Below, one piece after another: positions 54,659-59,090 of a stretch of 59,090 nucleotides of DNA (positions within the stretch are counted from its first letter, which is position 1; each line of letters opens with the position of its first letter). A program made the position numbers and the translations under genes. Origin of the DNA: Candidatus Hydrogenedentota bacterium (GTDB taxonomy: Bacteria; Hydrogenedentota; Hydrogenedentia; Hydrogenedentales; JAGMZX01); the NCBI GenBank assembly GCA_018005585.1, contig JAGMZX010000018.1, positions 1 through 59,090 on the forward strand. The letters are read 5' to 3'. The notes under the pieces are model-generated. The model did not search any database, was not told where the DNA came from, and saw only the letters and a list, made by a program, of their open reading frames with translations.

Positions 54659-55910
54659 CGGAATTGCCGGAGTCTTGCGGCCCGGGCCGCTGCGGCGCGC
54701 CGCCCCTGCGCATGTTCGCCGGCCTGGGCCGCATCAGGCGGCCGCTTGCGCGCCGCTTGATGCCGCCGCGGGGGCGGTGGTGCGATTCGCTCGCCGGGCC
54801 GCCTTGCCCGCCGGAAGGCTGCTTGACGCGCGGGCTGATCACCACCTGCCGGTAGAGCGCGTCGCCGATGCTGAAGGTGCGCACGTCGGGGTCGCCCTGG
54901 AGCGTCAGGTGAATGACGCGCCGTTCCTGCGGGCTCATGGGTTTCAGGCGCACGTCGCGGCCCGATTCCTTCGCGCGCTCCGCGAGGCCGCGCGCCATGC
55001 CCTCGAGCGCGTCGCGCCGCCGGTCGACATAGCCCTCGATATCCACCACAAGGCGTTCGGTGACTTCGTTCTTGTCGCTGCGCGCGATGATGCGGTTGAT
55101 GAGATACTGCATTGCCTGAAGGCTGCGGCCCTTGCGCCCGATCAGCAGGGCGCTGTCCTGCGTTGCCACGTCGAGCCGGGCCGCGCCGTCCCCGTCCCGG
55201 CGGAATTCGACGGTTGCCTCGATGCCCATCTGGCTGATGATCGATTGCAGCAACGCGGCGGCCTCGCGGCCTTGATCTTCGGTCAGGGGCGAGGATTCCG
55301 TCTCCTGCGCCAACGGTTGATTCAACGCTTCCGGGCCGGGCTCTTCCTGCGCGCGCCGCCGGTCTGCTTGCGGCCCCTGGTCGGGGCGCCGTTGGCGTTG
55401 CGCACGCGGTTCGCGCCCTGGGTCGTCCCGGTGGCGCGGTGCACGGTCGCGGCCGTGCTGACGGTCTCCGCGGTCGCGCTGGCGGCGTTGCTCATCACGC
55501 TGGCCGGAGGGGGCGGGCCGGTCCCCGGCGTCCCGGCGTTGTTCGTCGCGCGGTGCCGGCGCGGCTGGCCGCCCGTCGTGTTCGCGCCGTGGCACGCGCT
55601 CGTCGCGGCCGCGGTGGCGGTCCCTGCCGCGGCGGTCGTCGCGCGGTCCGCGGCGGCGCTCGTCACCCGCGCCCTCGGTCTGGCGCTCGCGCTGTTCGGG
55701 ACGGCGCTCGTCCTGAGCGGCGGGCCGCTGTTTGCCGCGCTTGGCCGTTACGCGGACGCGGACGGGCCGCGCGCCGAGGCCGAGAAAGCCGCGGCTGCCT
55801 TCGTCCAGGATTTCAATTTCGTCCACATCATGCATTTCGACCCCCAGCTGGTCCAAGGCGAGTTGGATAGCCTCTTTGCGCGTTTTCGCGCTGGATTCGA
55901 CCGATGGCAT
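54639..55910 (-). CDS. jag: Jag/KhpB (EloR) RNA-binding protein: Jag_N, long Arg/Asp-rich linker, KH, R3H
   Basis: [42 protein letters not shown]. Located between yidC and mnmE. Confidence 0.93.
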   Translation of the reverse strand: MPSVESSAKTRKEAIQLALDQLGVEMHDVDEIEILDEGSRGFLGLGARPVRVRVTAKRGKQRPAAQDERRPEQRERQTEGAGDERRRGPRDDRRGRDRHRGRDERVPRREHDGRPAAPAPRDEQRRDAGDRPAPSGQRDEQRRQRDRGDRQHGRDRAPRHRDDPGREPRAQRQRRPDQGPQADRRRAQEEPGPEALNQPLAQETESSPLTEDQGREAAALLQSIISQMGIEATVEFRRDGDGAARLDVATQDSALLIGRKGRSLQAMQYLINRIIARSDKNEVTERLVVDIEGYVDRRRDALEGMARGLAERAKESGRDVRLKPMSPQERRVIHLTLQGDPDVRTFSIGDALYRQVVISPRVKQPSGGQGGPASESHHRPRGGIKRRASGRLMRPRPANMRRGGAPQRPGPQDSGNSGEDAGA

Positions 55911-55973
55911 AGGTCTATGTCTCCTCGGCGGGCTGCAAGCCCGGGACTGTTCGGGGCGTGGCGCGCCCCGCGG

Positions 55974-57968
55974 TTATGACCGCTTCCTCGGATCCCGCTT
56001 GGTGACGGCGTCGCCGCGGCCCTTCGGCTGTTTCTTGGCGCGGCGCATTTCCTTCGCCGCTTGCCGTTTGCGGGCCTGCGCGGCGTCGTAGAAGTGTTGC
56101 GGTTTCCGGGCGGCCGGTTTCTTCTTGAGCTCCTGGGGCGTCAGTTCGACGGTAAACATCCGCGTGAGATAGCTCTGGCCGATGCCCAGGAGCGTACTGG
56201 TCAAAATATAGAGATTGAGGCCCGCGGCCACGTTGTAGCAAAAGACGCTGAACAGCACGGGCATGAAATTGAGCATCATCTTCTGCTGCTGCGTCTGTAC
56301 CGGCCCCGAGGTTGGCATCAGCTTCTGGCTCACGTACATGGCCACGGCCATCAGGATAGGCAGCACGTTGATGGCGTCGATGGAAGTGAAGACAAGCGGG
56401 ATTTCCCACGGGAACCGAATGAGCGCGTCCTGGCGCGAGAGGTCTTGAATCCAGAGGAACGAAGTGCCGCGCAACTCGAAGGCGCTCCACAACATGCGGT
56501 ACAGCGCAATGAAGACCGGCATTTGCAGGAGCATCGGAAAGCACCCGCCCAGCGGATTCACGCCGTACTGCCGGTACAAATCCATCGTGCGCTTCTGCAT
56601 TTCCTGCGGGTTGTCCTTGAACTCCGCCTTGATTTTCTCCATTTCCGGAGCGAGCAACTGCACCTTCTTCATGCTCTTCATGCTCTTGATCGTGAGCGGA
56701 AACATGAAGAGGCGCACGACGACTGTCAGCAGGACGATCGCGATCCCATAGCTGGCATGGAGCGTGTTGTGGAAGAAGTTCAGGAGGCTCAGCAGCAGCT
56801 TGGCGAACCAGTCCATGAACCCAAACATCGTGAAAAACTGAAGCCCTTCGTCGAGTTCGGGAAAACCGCGCGAGGCCGCCTCCTTGAGCGAGGCCAGGTG
56901 TGTCGGCCCAAGGTAGATGCGGAAATCGCGCGTCTCGGAAGCGCCGGGCGCCACTTCCATCCGCGGCGTCGCGATGCCGAACCGGTAGCGTTCGGGGCTC
57001 CCCGCAACCCAGCCCCACGTATCGGGGAGCCAGGGCGCGTCGGGCAGCGCCACGACGCGCATGGCCATCAGGAAATACACGCTTTTCACGGCCATCCAGT
57101 CGGGCTGGACAACCCGCTCGGTTGAATAGCCGGTATCGCTGTCCGGCGGTTCCAGCCCGCTGGTCGCGTGATGCTCATTCTGGCCGCTCTTGCGCCAGAT
57201 GACCTCCTTCTGTACCGGACCGGCCTGCCCGTTCTCGTCGGACGCCAGCGCGGGCGTCCAGTTCAACGTAAAAGCCGGAACATGGGTGTCCAGTCCCAGG
57301 CGCTGCGCCGCATCGCTCAGGTTGGCGTAAACGACCGAGACGTCCAAAAGCCCCTCATCCGAATCCAGGGAGAATAGCTTCGTGACGCGCGCCACGCCCG
57401 GCTGTTCGTACGTAAACGTAACGGAGCGCCCGGTCTCGTCCACGGTGGCTTCCCAGAGCGCGTAATCAAGTTCGTCGCCGCGCCAGTTGTCGCCCAGCTT
57501 GAGGCCGTGCAGCCCCAGCGGATACAGGGGCGGGTCGCCGAGGATCTCGGGGGACTCCGGCACCAGGCGAGGGTGCTGGTCTTCGCTGTCGCCGATGAGG
57601 ACGCACGCCTGTTTCAAGCGCGCCCCAACACGCGTAAACTCCAGCCGCAGACGGTCGTTGGCCAAGGTAATGGTCTCTTCCAGAGCGGCGGGCTCCGCGG
57701 GCGGCGGGGCTGGAACGGCCGGACCTTCCGGGACAACAGCCCGTGGCTCTGGCAGGTCCTCGACCGCAGGCGCGGCCGTGGCCGGTTCCAGGGGCAACTC
57801 GGCGGTGTTAGCCAGGTCCGAGACGGGCGGGATTTCCGGTTCCGCGACGCGGGGCGTCTGTGTGCGGGGGCCAAGGAAATAGGAGAAGACGATAATGCCC
57901 ACCGTTGCGAGCACAATGACGGCCAGTTCATAGACCCCGAAGGGCCGTTCATTCTGTTGACCTAGCAA
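55974..57968 (-). CDS. yidC: Membrane protein insertase YidC (long periplasmic-domain form)
   Basis: YGIAIVLLTVVVR, NPLGGCFPMLLQMPVFIAL, WIQDLS..D, AAGLNLY. TTG start inferred. Confidence 0.95.
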   Translation of the reverse strand: MLGQQNERPFGVYELAVIVLATVGIIVFSYFLGPRTQTPRVAEPEIPPVSDLANTAELPLEPATAAPAVEDLPEPRAVVPEGPAVPAPPPAEPAALEETITLANDRLRLEFTRVGARLKQACVLIGDSEDQHPRLVPESPEILGDPPLYPLGLHGLKLGDNWRGDELDYALWEATVDETGRSVTFTYEQPGVARVTKLFSLDSDEGLLDVSVVYANLSDAAQRLGLDTHVPAFTLNWTPALASDENGQAGPVQKEVIWRKSGQNEHHATSGLEPPDSDTGYSTERVVQPDWMAVKSVYFLMAMRVVALPDAPWLPDTWGWVAGSPERYRFGIATPRMEVAPGASETRDFRIYLGPTHLASLKEAASRGFPELDEGLQFFTMFGFMDWFAKLLLSLLNFFHNTLHASYGIAIVLLTVVVRLFMFPLTIKSMKSMKKVQLLAPEMEKIKAEFKDNPQEMQKRTMDLYRQYGVNPLGGCFPMLLQMPVFIALYRMLWSAFELRGTSFLWIQDLSRQDALIRFPWEIPLVFTSIDAINVLPILMAVAMYVSQKLMPTSGPVQTQQQKMMLNFMPVLFSVFCYNVAAGLNLYILTSTLLGIGQSYLTRMFTVELTPQELKKKPAARKPQHFYDAAQARKRQAAKEMRRAKKQPKGRGDAVTKRDPRKRS

Positions 57969-57997
57969 ACTTCCTTACTCCGCGAACGCGGATGAGC

Positions 57998-58249
57998 CTA
58001 CACGCCCATGCGGGACGTGCGCCGGGGCGGCGGCACGGGGTCCACGCCTCCCTTGCAGAACGGCTGGCAGCGCAGGATGCGCCATGCGGCAAGACCTACC
58101 CCTTTGAGGACGCCGTGCTTCTCGATAGCCTCGATGGCATAATGCGAGCAGGTGGGATAAAACCGGCAATTCTGGCCGAGCCACGGGCTCAAGAACCGCT
58201 GATACAGCCGGATCAATCCGATCAACAACCTACTCACGCACGAGCCCAC
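57998..58249 (-). CDS. yidD: Membrane protein insertion efficiency factor YidD (start 58249 or 58237)
   Basis: [36 protein letters not shown]. Confidence 0.95.
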   Translation of the reverse strand: MGSCVSRLLIGLIRLYQRFLSPWLGQNCRFYPTCSHYAIEAIEKHGVLKGVGLAAWRILRCQPFCKGGVDPVPPPRRTSRMGV

Positions 58250-58586
58250 CTTTACGGAGGATTCGGTCCAGCACGTCCACGCTTTGCGCGTACTCTAATG
58301 CAGCCGCCGACGGGCGCGCCACGACCACCAGATCCATCGCGGCGGCAAATTCAGGCGCGTGAGTGCGGAAATACTCGCGGATACGACGCTTGATCTTGTT
58401 ACGCACCACGGCGCGGCCCACTCGGCGCGACACTGCGACGCCTAGCCTGCACTGCTGCCCTTCACGCCGGACCGCATAGCACACGAACGCGTACCCCACC
58501 ATTTTCCGGCCGTCGCGAAAGACGCGGTCGAAGTCTTTTTTCCCAGTGAGGCGTGCTTGACGCGGGAACGTTTTCCGGTCCGGCAC
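58230..58586 (-). CDS. rnpA: Ribonuclease P protein component
   Basis: RL...[31 protein letters not shown] (RNR motif). GTG start gives 118 aa. Confidence 0.95.
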   Translation of the reverse strand: MPDRKTFPRQARLTGKKDFDRVFRDGRKMVGYAFVCYAVRREGQQCRLGVAVSRRVGRAVVRNKIKRRIREYFRTHAPEFAAAMDLVVVARPSAAALEYAQSVDVLDRILRKGGLVRE

Positions 58587-58644
58587 AACAGGCTCATCTA
58601 CCTCCAGGTTCTGCGGCCGGGCAGACAGGCCCGGCTGCGGGACA

Positions 58645-58779
58645 CTACACACTCAGACGCTTGCGGCCCTTCTGCCGGCGGCGGCTGATAACCCCCCGCC
58701 CGCCCGGCGTGGCCATACGCGCCCGGAAACCATGGGTCCGTTTCCGGCGCCGGTTCGACACTTGTAACGTTCTTTTCAC
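58645..58779 (-). CDS. rpmH: 50S ribosomal protein L34 (missed by the ORF track, 44 aa)
   Basis: GTG start: [52 protein letters not shown]. Confidence 0.97.
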   Translation of the reverse strand: MKRTLQVSNRRRKRTHGFRARMATPGGRGVISRRRQKGRKRLSV

Positions 58780-58909
58780 GACCCGCTCCTCGTAACAGTT
58801 CTACATGCACTACGCCGCCGCGACATGCCGGGAAACCAACACAAAAGGATATCCACCAGCGGAGAAGATGTCCCCGCGACGGCACAAACCGCCCATTTGT
58901 AATTCCAAT

Positions 58910-58939
58910 AGTCTATATTATTTCCGCTGGGAGAGTCAA
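58910..58939 (-). promoter_or_regulatory. Candidate sigma-70 promoter of the rpmH operon
   Basis: Minus strand TTGACT-N18-TAGACT in a locally AT-rich patch. Confidence 0.45.
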
Positions 58940-58976
58940 ACATCGAATCGAATGACCAGATGCACCCGTGGGCAGG

Positions 58977-59005
58977 TTGAAACCGTGACCGCCGTGTGAG
59001 ATTAT
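58977..59005 (+). promoter_or_regulatory. Candidate sigma-70 promoter of the divergent gene at the right edge
   Basis: TTGAAA-N17-GATTAT with an extended -10 TG. Confidence 0.4.
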
Positions 59006-59052
59006 CAAACCATCTATGATGGGGGTATCCGCGTGCAACAAGGAGGTGCATC

Positions 59053-59090
59053 ATGAGCAGTTTTATTACTAAGCCGGGCTCCATAGGTAT
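59053..59090 (+). CDS. 5' end of a divergent gene (MSSFITKPGSIG...), partial
   Basis: AAGGAGG at 59040-46 followed by ATG at 59053; open to the window edge. Confidence 0.55.
   Translation, partial: MSSFITKPGSIG

Noticed and set aside
58800-59050. oriC
   Set aside because: No perfect or clustered TTATCCACA boxes and no clear DUE repeats visible.

Overview
A 59 kb chromosomal window from a GC-rich, probably anaerobic, motile, carbohydrate-degrading bacterium. The gene content would fit Candidatus Hydrogenedentota or a PVC-like lineage, but that is an unverified inference. From left to right it contains: a stand-alone IS200-like/RAYT tyrosine transposase framed by 44-bp inverted repeats and a tandem REP array; a secreted GH99/71-like hydrolase; a four-helix-bundle/Zn-ribbon protein; a DUF4139 protein; an SfsA::GIY-YIG nuclease fusion; a CREST-like membrane hydrolase; a YbhGFS-like ABC exporter; GH2; an operon of two class-III aminotransferases (the second has Glu in place of the PLP lysine) plus a Zn-dehydrogenase; a Gfo/Idh/MocA oxidoreductase; a SAM-methyltransferase::D-Ala-D-Ala-ligase-like fusion; a sulfatase/phosphonate-monoester-hydrolase with GH5; two GT-C-like membrane proteins; a four-gene flavin/Fe-S operon (NuoE/HydC-like, NuoF/HydB-like, NuoG-like::NfnA fusion, NfnB); tspO and cysS; a decayed hicBA pair; two Tat-exported oxidoreductases; rtcB; an ICMT-like methyltransferase; GH116; three tandem short flagellins (two share a 671-bp identical core, the middle one is frameshifted) behind a perfect sigma-28 promoter; flaG; an O-antigen-ligase-TPR protein; an M42 peptidase; and the conserved mnmE-jag-yidC-yidD-rnpA-rpmH cluster. 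The best candidate for an undescribed system is the 28164-34619 operon. It joins a signature-complete HydBC-type bifurcating module to a complete NfnAB-type bifurcating module through a NuoG-like::NfnA fusion, with no hydrogenase or formate-dehydrogenase active site. All calls come from reading motifs by eye; no database searches were run.
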